Assembly (NCBI RefSeq): GCF_037902255.1
Contig: NZ_CP147990.1
Location: forward strand, 3,330,001-3,362,000
Direction: 5' to 3'
DNA length: 32,000 nucleotides
DNA from: Candidatus Electrothrix sp. GW3-4
Lineage (GTDB): Bacteria; Desulfobacterota; Desulfobulbia; Desulfobulbales; Desulfobulbaceae
Every line of letters starts with the position of its first letter. The stretch's first letter is position 1. The translations under genes were made by a program, and so were the position numbers. Below the pieces are notes generated by a model, which worked only from the letters and a program-made list of their open reading frames with translations, did no database searches and was not told where the DNA came from. Shown in pieces: positions 8,489 through 15,913 of this stretch.

Positions 8489-8874
8489 TGTTGCAGTTCC
8501 TTTGCATTTGTAAGTATCTCTTTGCAGCGTTCTTCCGTTAAACTTTTCATCAGTTGCTCTTTGTGCGTCGGGTATCTGCACTCAATATTCATCGGTTCGA
8601 GCATGTCGATAAAAAGTTTCTGGTTCTCTGAAAAAGCATCATAAATTTCCGCTTTCTTTGCGAGGTAAGACAAACTGTGGGAAAAAGGAGCCGGTTTGCC
8701 GTTGCCTTTCACATAACAGGCTTTAAGTATCTTTTCAACAGACTGGTGAGCCATAAAGCCGACATAAAGATACCGCCCGCTTTTCAGCATAGCTCGGGCT
8801 GTTTCAATATCATATTCTGACAATTCAACCCAATATTGTACTTGATCAGTCATCTCATTATAACATTTCTTCAT
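8467..8874 (-). CDS. HEPN-domain protein (toxin of a HEPN/MNT pair)
   Basis: 135 aa. WVELSEYDIETARAMLKSGRY..AHQSVEKILKA...ECRYPTH matches the HEPN fold signature with an R-x-x-x-H type motif. Confidence 0.8.
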   Translation of the reverse strand: MKKCYNEMTDQVQYWVELSEYDIETARAMLKSGRYLYVGFMAHQSVEKILKACYVKGNGKPAPFSHSLSYLAKKAEIYDAFSENQKLFIDMLEPMNIECRYPTHKEQLMKSLTEERCKEILTNAKELQQWIKKRL

Positions 8875-8925
8875 GAGTAATGGGGGCGACGGACTGAGTT
8901 TCCCCTTCTGCGGAAATTTTTTTTT

Positions 8926-9022
8926 GTTTTATCCCCTTACAATCGCATTATCCTCAGTATATTCAGTTTTCCACGAAATTTCAACGGTTACAGTTTAGCG
9001 GATTGAGCATTTGCCTGATGAA
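8926..9022 (-). promoter_or_regulatory. U1: conserved promoter/5'-leader module (TTGAAA-17-TATACT) upstream of the HEPN/MNT cassette
   Basis: -35 at 8984-8979 and -10 at 8961-8956 (minus strand). About 75-80% identical by eye over ~100 bp to U2 at 14580-14680. Confidence 0.5.
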
Positions 9023-9155
9023 GTGCTTTTGTTCCGCTGGCGCAACCGAAGAAAAGACGGCTCGAAGTGTTCCTAAATAAATTAGTGGGGCCGGGTTCAA
9101 CGCCCTTCCTGTCGGCCCTGCTGATCATGCCCGGCCTGCCGGAAAATGGGAGACG

Positions 9156-9272
9156 GAGCACCGCGATCCTTTTGATCGGATGCCTGCGGCGCAGGCGAAA
9201 CTGGAAAATGTTGTTCCGGCAGGCGTTGACAAAGAATTGAGGCGATTTCCTGTTCAGATCATGAGGAAATAA
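9156..9272 (+). pseudogene. C-terminal relic of a PIN/VapC gene
   Basis: EHRDPFDRMPAAQAKLENVVPAGVDKELRRFPVQIMRK* carries the HRDPFDR..AQA motif of VapC C-termini. The upstream part is frameshifted and absent. Confidence 0.6.
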
Positions 9273-9302
9273 AGAAGGGCCGATATAATGCGTACGGGCT
9301 GC

Positions 9303-9592
9303 AAAAGGTTCCCGTGTCGCCAATGCAACCCAGCAGGACTCTGACTGGGATTTTCTGATCATCTTTGATCATCCGCCGGACAGAGAGATCATAACAGAGC
9401 TGAAGGATGGGCTGTATGATATTGAATTGGAGAATGATGAGGTGGTGAGCAGTATTATACGGAGCAGGCAGGAGTGGTCTTCGCCTGAATACGATGCCTT
9501 GCCGTTCAAAAAGGCGGTGGAGAGAGAGGGGGGAGAGCTGTGAATACAGGAAGGGCATAACCCGCTACCGGCTTGAACGCGCTGAAGAAACC
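9303..9592 (+). repeat. R2: 5'-truncated MNT pseudogene repeat plus a degenerate HEPN start; the only copy with G-S and DxD in the same frame
   Basis: GSRVANATQQDSDWDFLIIFDHPPDREIITELKDGLYDIELENDEVVSSIIRSRQEWSSPEYDALPFKKAVEREGGEL*. There is an in-frame TAA immediately upstream and no start codon. Confidence 0.8.
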
Positions 9593-9652
9593 AATTATTT
9601 GCGACAGTATAGCCCACATTCCGCACGTTGACACATAAAAAAATATTTTATA

Positions 9653-9699
9653 ACCTGCTGCCTCAAAAAGACATTTAATAAATCAACCAGGCAGCAGGT
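9653..9699. other. perfect 11-bp inverted repeat ACCTGCTGCCT-(25 nt)-AGGCAGCAGGT
   Basis: Read directly. It lies between the R2 end and the IS1634 terminus, preceded by TTGACA at 9628. Confidence 0.4.
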
Positions 9700-9765
9700 A
9701 TGGAAAACAACACAACGATTTTACCACAGGAATGCTCAAGTAAACTCCTCAATCACTTGGGCCTA

Positions 9766-11151
9766 GTACAGCTCAGCGTAAATTAAACACTGCTTTTTTG
9801 CACAATAATATTGTATCATGAATCCTTTTTGATTGCGTATATTGACAACAATCTTGCAACACATGGATTCGAAAATGCCTACACCCAAATCGCCATCAAT
9901 TGCTGTTTCCGAACAACAGAAAGAAATTTTGTCAAAAATAGCTCGACAATCAACAGCTGATTTTCGTGAGGTAAGTCGGGCTTCTTTAATATTGGAGATT
10001 GAGAAAGGAAAACCGAACTCAAAGATTGCAAAAGTCATGAGTTGCAGTATCGACAAGGTTAAACATTGGAGATACAAGTGGCTGGCCAACCAAGATACTT
10101 TAATGCAAATAGAGACTGATCCCCAAAATGCCAATCAGTTGGAAAAAAGTATTCGAGAAGTTTTAAAAGATAATCCGCGTCCGGGAGCACCAGTAACTTA
10201 TTCTTCAGAACAATATTGTCAGATTTTAGCAGTTGCACTGGAGCATCCCGAAGAAAGCGGTCGTCCAATTTCTCAATGGAGCAGTAGGGAATTGGCGGAT
10301 GAATGCAATAAGCGTGGGATAACCTCTGGAATTTCGGACCGTCAAGTGGGCCGATTTTTAAAAAGAAACCGATGTGAAACCTCATCATAGTCGGTATTGG
10401 CTCAATCCCAATCATGACAATGAAGAACTGTTTGTTTTAGAAGTGAAAGATGTCTGTGAAACATACCACGAAGCTCCCCGAAAGGCGGTAATAAACGGCA
10501 GGCGAACCATCAGTATTGATGAAAATACCGGAATACAGGCTCTTGAGAGGAAAAATCCGACAAAAAAGATAGAGCCGGGAAAGCCGGAGCGGATTGAGTT
10601 TGAGTACATCAGGCACGGAACACTCTCGCTCATTGCAAACTTTGACGTAGTGACCGGTGAAGTCGTCTCTCCCAGCATAGGAGACACTCGGGACGAACAT
10701 GATTTTTGCGAACATATTCGAAGCCTTATATTAAGCGATCCGGAAACTCGGGAGTGGGTCTTTGTGGCTGATCAGCTCAATACTCATAAGTCGGAATCAC
10801 TTGTCAAGTTGGTCAGTGAATTATGCGAAATAAAAGATAATTTAGGCGTCAAAGGGAAACAAGGCATTTTGAAATCAATGAAAAGCAGAGCCGAATTTCT
10901 CAGGAAGAAAGACCATGCAATTCGCTTTGTTTATACCCCAAAACACTGTTCATGGCTCAATCAAGTAGAAATTTGGTTTGGTATTCTTACTAAGAAAATC
11001 ATTAAAAGAGGTAATTTTACATCAAAAAAAGATCTCAGGAGCAAATTGCTCGACTTTATTGATTACTTTAATGCGACAATGGCAAAACCATACAAATGGA
11101 CATTTAATGGGTTGCCGTTAAAAGCATAGGGTTATTTGCGCCGCGCTGTAC
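9766..11151 (+). mobile_element. IS630/Tc1-mariner-family IS with a TA target duplication
   Basis: The empty site gggccTAgtcgcgg is visible in copy 2. Here it reads gggccTA[GTACAGCTCAGCG...CGCGCTGTAC]TAgtcgcgg, with imperfect IRs GTACAGC. Confidence 0.9.
9863..11129 (+). CDS. IS630-family transposase, split into two ORFs by a +1 shift in the run TTAAAAAG (~10358-10365)
   Basis: The N-terminal HTH part is ORF 9833-10390. The DDE part (ORF 10374-11129) has KPHHSRYWLNP, HGT.SL, QLNTH and SWLNQVEIWF. The shift could be a programmed frameshift, a mutation or a homopolymer error. Confidence 0.8.
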
Positions 11152-11162
11152 TAGTCGCGGGT

Positions 11163-12743
11163 ATGTATGACGAACTCGGACTTGGGGAGCTGATTGACAG
11201 TCTGATTCATCAGGATAAAGAAAAGCGAGTTGTCTCAGTTGGTCAGGCAGTTAAGGCAATGGTTCTTAACGGGTTGGGCTTTGCGAATCGGGCATTGTAT
11301 CTGACCCCGCATTTTTTCCAGGATAAACCGGTAGATCGACTCATCGGAGAAGGCATTGAGGCCCAGCACCTGAACGATACTGTTTTGGGCCGGGCCTTAG
11401 AAGTGATTTACGAGCATAATCCCGAAGAGTTATATTCGCAGCTTGCAGCTAGGGCAATTGGTCGTCTAGGGCTGCTGGCACGTTTTGGTCACTTGGATTC
11501 AACGAGTTTTCATACCGACGGTCGCTATCCAGCCAACGGATCAGAAGAGGAAGAAGGTGTTATTCGGATCACAAAAGGCTACAGCCGTGATCATCGTCCG
11601 GATCTGAACCAGATCGTGTTGCAGCTCATTTGCGAACGACAGGCTGGCATCCCGCTTCTGATGAAGCCGTTAAGTGGTAACAGTAGCGATAAAACAGATT
11701 TTCGGGAAACAGTGCAAGCGCATATTGATCAGATGAAAAACGATTTCAGCCTGGAATATCTGGTTGCGGATAGTGCGCTCTATACAGCGCAAACATTAAA
11801 AGAACTGAGCATGATATTGTGGATTTCCCGTGTACCGGAGACATTGAATCTGTCCCAGGAGATCATCCATGAAGTAGCTTCAAATCTGATGCAGGATCCT
11901 GAAAAAGCAGCATCTCGCAGTCTCGGGGTAGTTTATGGCGATGTCAGGCAGCGCTGGTTGGTTGTCTATTCGCCTGAAGCATATCAACGGGGACGCAAGA
12001 CCGTAAACAAAAAATGCCTCAAGCTGAGCACAAATGAATCCAAGCAATTCGATAAATTGTGCAAACAGGATTTTGCCTGCGAGGCCGATGCATTGAAAGC
12101 ACTGTCCCGTTTTGAAAAAAAGCTGAAAATACTCTCAATTCATGACGCTCGTGTTGTTGCTTTACCTCGCCATAAGGGCAAAGGACGGCCAGCCAAGGGC
12201 AAGAAACCGGACTTTTATGTTTACCGCATTGAAGGCAACCCAGCCTCCCTGCTTCAGGAGAGAACCCGATTGTTGGAACGAAAAAGCTGTTTTATTCTTG
12301 CAACGAATCAGTTGGACTGCGAAGAATTGTCCGACGAGGAACTCTTGAAAGTGTACAAAGATCAGCAAAAGGTTGAACGGGGTTTTCGTTTCCTCAAAGA
12401 TCCTATGTTTATGGCTTCAACGCTTTTTTTAAAATCCCGAAAACGTATCATGGCCCTGATGATGGTTATGACGCTTTGCCTCCTGGTGTACGCCGCGTTG
12501 GAATATCGCATCAGACAAGCGCTCGAAATAAATAATGAAACATTTCCCAACCAGAAAGGAAAACCTGCCCCTAACCCTACTGCTCGTTGGGTATTTCAGT
12601 TTTTTTCAGGAATTCACCTGCTGCTTGTCGGCGGAATGCAACAGCTGGTCCTGAATTTAAATGAACATCATTTGCGTCTGCTGAAGCTGTTGGGTGGGAG
12701 ATATGAAAAATTATATTCTGGAAATGGACAGAGGGTATGCTGA
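11163..12743 (+). CDS. IS1634-family transposase (intact copy)
   Basis: MYDELGLGELIDS..., HLDSTSFHTDGRY, ITKGYSRDHRPDLNQ, YLVADSALYT and KVERGFRFLKD. The start was chosen at the first ATG downstream of the IS630 junction. Confidence 0.85.
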   Translation: MYDELGLGELIDSLIHQDKEKRVVSVGQAVKAMVLNGLGFANRALYLTPHFFQDKPVDRLIGEGIEAQHLNDTVLGRALEVIYEHNPEELYSQLAARAIGRLGLLARFGHLDSTSFHTDGRYPANGSEEEEGVIRITKGYSRDHRPDLNQIVLQLICERQAGIPLLMKPLSGNSSDKTDFRETVQAHIDQMKNDFSLEYLVADSALYTAQTLKELSMILWISRVPETLNLSQEIIHEVASNLMQDPEKAASRSLGVVYGDVRQRWLVVYSPEAYQRGRKTVNKKCLKLSTNESKQFDKLCKQDFACEADALKALSRFEKKLKILSIHDARVVALPRHKGKGRPAKGKKPDFYVYRIEGNPASLLQERTRLLERKSCFILATNQLDCEELSDEELLKVYKDQQKVERGFRFLKDPMFMASTLFLKSRKRIMALMMVMTLCLLVYAALEYRIRQALEINNETFPNQKGKPAPNPTARWVFQFFSGIHLLLVGGMQQLVLNLNEHHLRLLKLLGGRYEKLYSGNGQRVC

Positions 12744-12779
12744 ATGTGGGGTGTGGCAAGAATCTCTTGATATACTTTT

Positions 12780-13076
12780 TTAGTTTCTGTGACCTGACAA
12801 CGCCCGCAACACAGCTTTCGGTTCCTTTGCCACAACATTCAGCAGTACACGCGCCGGACCTCGCGGAGTGCGGTCACCCCGTTCCCAGTGGCGAAGTGTC
12901 CCCAAGCTGATACCGAATGCGGAAGCGAATTCCGCCTGGGTCATTCCTATATGCTGACGAACCGCCTTCACATCCGGCTGTGTAACCTCATGCACAACAG
13001 CCTTTATCGGTTTTCCTTTCGCAAAATCAATAGATTCACGTAGTCCTTGCTGAATACTCTCAAATGCGCTGCTCAT
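12780..13076 (-). CDS. XRE-family HTH antitoxin (HigA/NadS-like)
   Basis: MSSAFESIQQGL...GMTQAEFASAFGISLGTLRHWERGDRTPRGPARVLL. Its ATG lies 1 nt after the toxin stop. Confidence 0.8.
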   Translation of the reverse strand: MSSAFESIQQGLRESIDFAKGKPIKAVVHEVTQPDVKAVRQHIGMTQAEFASAFGISLGTLRHWERGDRTPRGPARVLLNVVAKEPKAVLRALSGHRN

Positions 13077-13077
13077 C

Positions 13078-13443
13078 TCACGCCCCTCTTTGTTTACTTC
13101 CATATGTCGCCAGCAGTTCTTCGGTTAATTTGGCCAGCATGTTCCGCTCCGCTTTGCTGATGTTCGCCTTTTCGGATTTTCCGAACAAAGTCAGCAAAAA
13201 CAACGGGTATTGCTCACTGTGAAAATAGTAGATGACCCGGACACCGCTGCTTTTTCCCGTGCCTTCGCGTTTCCAGCGCAGTTTCCGAATACCGCCTGTA
13301 CCCTGAAGGAGTACACCTGCCTCTGGATTGGCTGCAAGATATCGGATCAGATTTTCCCGCTCCGGGGTACGCAGCAATTTTTCCGCACGTCGGATAAATC
13401 CCGGGAGTTCGACTACTGTGTTCATAGGGATATTGTAATCCAT
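13078..13443 (-). CDS. RelE/HigB-like toxin (toxin-first operon with the XRE antitoxin)
   Basis: MDYNIPMNTVVELPGFIRRAEKLL..GGIRKLRW..GKSSGVRVIYYFH..LFLLTLFGKSEKANIS. The upstream part of the 175-aa ORF is read-through from antisense R3. Confidence 0.75.
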   Translation of the reverse strand: MDYNIPMNTVVELPGFIRRAEKLLRTPERENLIRYLAANPEAGVLLQGTGGIRKLRWKREGTGKSSGVRVIYYFHSEQYPLFLLTLFGKSEKANISKAERNMLAKLTEELLATYGSKQRGA

Positions 13444-13540
13444 TGGATTACTCTTGACAAGAAGGGAGGTATGCCTTGGCGTAAAAAAGGTCAGTGAGAG
13501 GAACGCGGTGTTATGTCGATTTTCCCGTCGTGACCTCTCT

Positions 13541-13786
13541 TTCTGCACGGTTTCCGTGTCCGTCAATGCAGCCCGGCAGGACTCTGACCGGGATTTTCTG
13601 ATCATCTCCGATTATCCGATGGACAGGTAGGTCATAACAAAGCTGAAGGATGGTCTGTATGATACAGAACTGGATAATGATGAGGTAGCGAGGAGTATTA
13701 TACGGAGCAGGCAGGAATGGTCTTCGCCTGCATACGATGCGTTGCCGTTCAAGAAGGCGGTGGGGGGAGAGGGGGTAGAATTGTGA
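13541..13786 (+). repeat. R3: 5'-truncated MNT pseudogene repeat, with an internal TAG and the shared +1 frameshift
   Basis: ttctgcacggtttccgtgtccgtcaatgcagcccggcaggactctgaccggg...gtagaattgtga. Homology stops exactly at the MNT stop codon. Confidence 0.8.
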
Positions 13787-13805
13787 CAGTCTCTTATGCA
13801 GGCTC

Positions 13806-14318
13806 TCACGTAATCATGTCTTCATTGTGTTGTGCTAAAAGCGAATTAAGCAACCTGATGGAATAAAACCGTTTGTTTGTCAACAGCATGTCAAAAAGCG
13901 GCTTGAGGGCAGGGATAAGGTTTTTATCTCGGGCAACGGATAATATTCCCAGCGTACCGATGCAGTTTATGCCGAAGTTTTCGGCAATTGCACGGGCCTT
14001 TCTGTCATCAATCAACAGAAAATCGGCTTCTGATTCTTTGTAGAGGAGCACACATTCCGATTCTCCGTAATCCATCAGAGGCGTCAGGGTGTTCAGTCCT
14101 TTGATCGGTTTGATTTTATCGCGGAAGAAGCGGTAGATTTGCGCATAGTAATCGGTTTTTTCGTCAAGAGTGATCTCCTGCCAGACGGCATTCGGAATAG
14201 AGATGTTATCAAACAACGCATTGAGCATCTCCAGCTGATCAATAACGGCCAGTGAAAATATTGCGCCGGAATCCGCAATAACAAGTCCGTTTTTCTCACT
14301 TGAGCTTCGCGATGTCAT
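13806..14318 (-). CDS. DUF3368-family PIN-like protein (putative toxin)
   Basis: 170 aa. LVIADSGAIFSLAVIDQLEML..., LLIDDRKARAIAENFGINCIGTLGIL. It overlaps the UPF0175 gene. Confidence 0.7.
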   Translation of the reverse strand: MTSRSSSEKNGLVIADSGAIFSLAVIDQLEMLNALFDNISIPNAVWQEITLDEKTDYYAQIYRFFRDKIKPIKGLNTLTPLMDYGESECVLLYKESEADFLLIDDRKARAIAENFGINCIGTLGILSVARDKNLIPALKPLFDMLLTNKRFYSIRLLNSLLAQHNEDMIT

Positions 14319-14556
14319 CCATAACCTCGGCGGCTGTCAGATTGGATATTGGGATCTCGTTTTCCGACAGGACAGTCTCAAACTGCAACCGGGAAAGACC
14401 GGCGATCTGCGCGGCTTTTCCGACAGTCAGTTTCTGTGCTTTATAGAGCTGAACTGCCAGAGCAAGGCGAATGCGCTGCCGCAGTTCGTTTTCCGTCTCA
14501 TTTAAGGCAAGGAGGATGTCGGCGGGGAAATCTACAGATATTGATTGCGTATTCAT
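14296..14556 (-). CDS. UPF0175-family protein (putative antitoxin of DUF3368)
   Basis: MNTQSISVDFPADILLALNETENELRQRIRLALAVQLYKAQKLTVGKAAQIAGLSRLQFETVLSENEIPI. A GGAGG lies upstream of this ATG; the track start is a TTG 18 nt further up. Confidence 0.7.
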   Translation of the reverse strand: MNTQSISVDFPADILLALNETENELRQRIRLALAVQLYKAQKLTVGKAAQIAGLSRLQFETVLSENEIPISNLTAAEVMDDIAKLK

Positions 14557-14579
14557 TATGTTATTAACCTCCAAAGCTC

Positions 14580-14680
14580 CTTTTGTTTTATTCCCTTACA
14601 ATTACATCATTCTCAGTATATTCAATTCTTCCCGGAATCTCAACGGCTCCGATTCAGCGAATTGAAAATTCACCTGATGA
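14580..14680 (-). promoter_or_regulatory. U2: conserved promoter/5'-leader module (TTGAGA-17-TATACT) upstream of the UPF0175/DUF3368 cassette
   Basis: -35 at 14643-14638 and -10 at 14620-14615 (minus strand). Homologous to U1. Confidence 0.5.
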
Positions 14681-14766
14681 AAAATAACCCTGTTTCCAGA
14701 TACGCATATTTTTCTGTGGCGGCTCTTTGATGATCCGCATCTGCCTGCGGAAAGAGCGTATCGACT

Positions 14767-15037
14767 GATTCCTGGTGCGAAGGTGATTCTGCACGGTTCC
14801 CGTGTCCGCCAATGCAGCACGGCAGGATTCTGACTGGGATTTTCTGATCATCGCTGATCATCCGTTGGACAGGGAGAACATAACAAAGCTGAAGGATGGG
14901 CTGTATGATATTGAATTGGAAAATAATGAGTTGGTGAGCAGTATTATACGGAGCTGGCAGGAATGGTCTTCGCCTGATGAATACAATGCCTTGCTGTTTA
15001 AAAAGGCGGTGGAGAGAGAGGGTATAGAGTTATATGA
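14767..15037 (+). repeat. R4: MNT pseudogene repeat with a divergent 5' region
   Basis: ..LIPGAKVILHGSRV, then the +1 shift, then ANAARQDSDWDFLIIADHPLDRENITKLKDGLYDIELENNELVSSIIRSWQEWSSPDEYNALLFKKAVEREGIEL. The stop is lost through a 2-nt insertion. Confidence 0.8.
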
Positions 15038-15071
15038 GATTATACATCAAGTTATCGACAGCCTCGGCACG

Positions 15072-15524
15072 TCATTCATGCTGCGCCGCTCCCGGATTTA
15101 CCGTCAACAGCAGATTCTCAAATGGTTGATGGTTCTTCCAGCGATAGGTATGAAAGTCGCGTTGATCCGTTGATAAAATACGTCCATGCCCAAGATATTC
15201 CGCCAAAACCACCAGCGACGCATCAGCCAGATCCATTGGCAGATCAGCGTATTTTCGCATCAGTTCGGCAACCCGCTCTGAATGTTCCGTATTCAACTCA
15301 AAAACGGAAAACACGCCCTGCCGATATTTTTCAATAAACTTCTGCTGCGCGGAAATCCCGGCTCTTGCCAGCAGTAAATGACAGGTTTCCGTCATCACCG
15401 CACAGGTCGTAATCATCCGCTCATTTTGCTCCGATAATTCGGCAAGACGTTGTTTCGCCAATTGGTGATGCTTGTCTTTTGGATATGCCAAGGCAACCCA
15501 TAAACCGGTATCAGCGATAACCAT
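15072..15524 (-). CDS. vapC: PIN-domain toxin VapC (copy 2, identical to 6984-7436)
   Basis: The protein is identical to copy 1. Confidence 0.85.
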   Translation of the reverse strand: MVIADTGLWVALAYPKDKHHQLAKQRLAELSEQNERMITTCAVMTETCHLLLARAGISAQQKFIEKYRQGVFSVFELNTEHSERVAELMRKYADLPMDLADASLVVLAEYLGHGRILSTDQRDFHTYRWKNHQPFENLLLTVNPGAAQHE

Positions 15525-15780
15525 ATTTTTTCTCTAAAATTTCGGTCAGCTCGTTTTTATAGGTTTGTGAAAGGCGGGTTTCATCACTGTCGGCACAGCC
15601 GATAAAATCCGACTCCAGCAACAGTTTCAGGGGATTTTCCAGCCTTCTGGATTTGGATGCACCTTGATACCGTTGAGCAATCAAAACGCGCAACGCAGCT
15701 TCAATGACAGCCTGAGCGGATTGCAGCCCACTGACTTGTTGCGCTCTTTTCAAAAGCATATCATTTATATTCAATTGCAT
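15511..15780 (-). CDS. vapB: VapB-type antitoxin (copy 2, identical to 7423-7692)
   Basis: The protein is identical to copy 1. Confidence 0.75.
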   Translation of the reverse strand: MQLNINDMLLKRAQQVSGLQSAQAVIEAALRVLIAQRYQGASKSRRLENPLKLLLESDFIGCADSDETRLSQTYKNELTEILEKKYGYR

Positions 15781-15884
15781 GACATCCTCCTTGCAACCTT
15801 GAGACGGCTGCTGTCTGCCAGCCCTTGCGGACGGAATCTCTTCAATCCTAGTGTTCTTTTATGCAGGCCTTTTTCCATATCCTT

Positions 15885-15913
15885 ATGGTAACTTATTTGG
15901 TTAATCAGGTCAA
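15885..15913 (-). promoter_or_regulatory. outward promoter TTGACC-17-TACCAT antisense within R5, facing vapBC copy 2
   Basis: Same sequence as 7797-7825. Confidence 0.45.

Larger units (their letters stand above)
9747..12753 (+). mobile_element. IS1634-family IS, copy 1, with an IS630-family element nested 19 bp inside its left end
   Basis: The ends CCTCAATCACTTGGGCCTAG... and ...GAATGTGGGGTG are shared with the inverted copy at 22707-24327. Length without the nested IS is ~1619 bp. Confidence 0.85.

Noticed and set aside
10412-10715. 91-92 aa minus-strand ORFs inside the IS630 transposase, and the 68-aa ORF pairs at 12142-12368 and 23094-23320
   Set aside because: They are antisense or alternative-frame ORFs within transposase genes, and they are duplicated only because the IS is duplicated.
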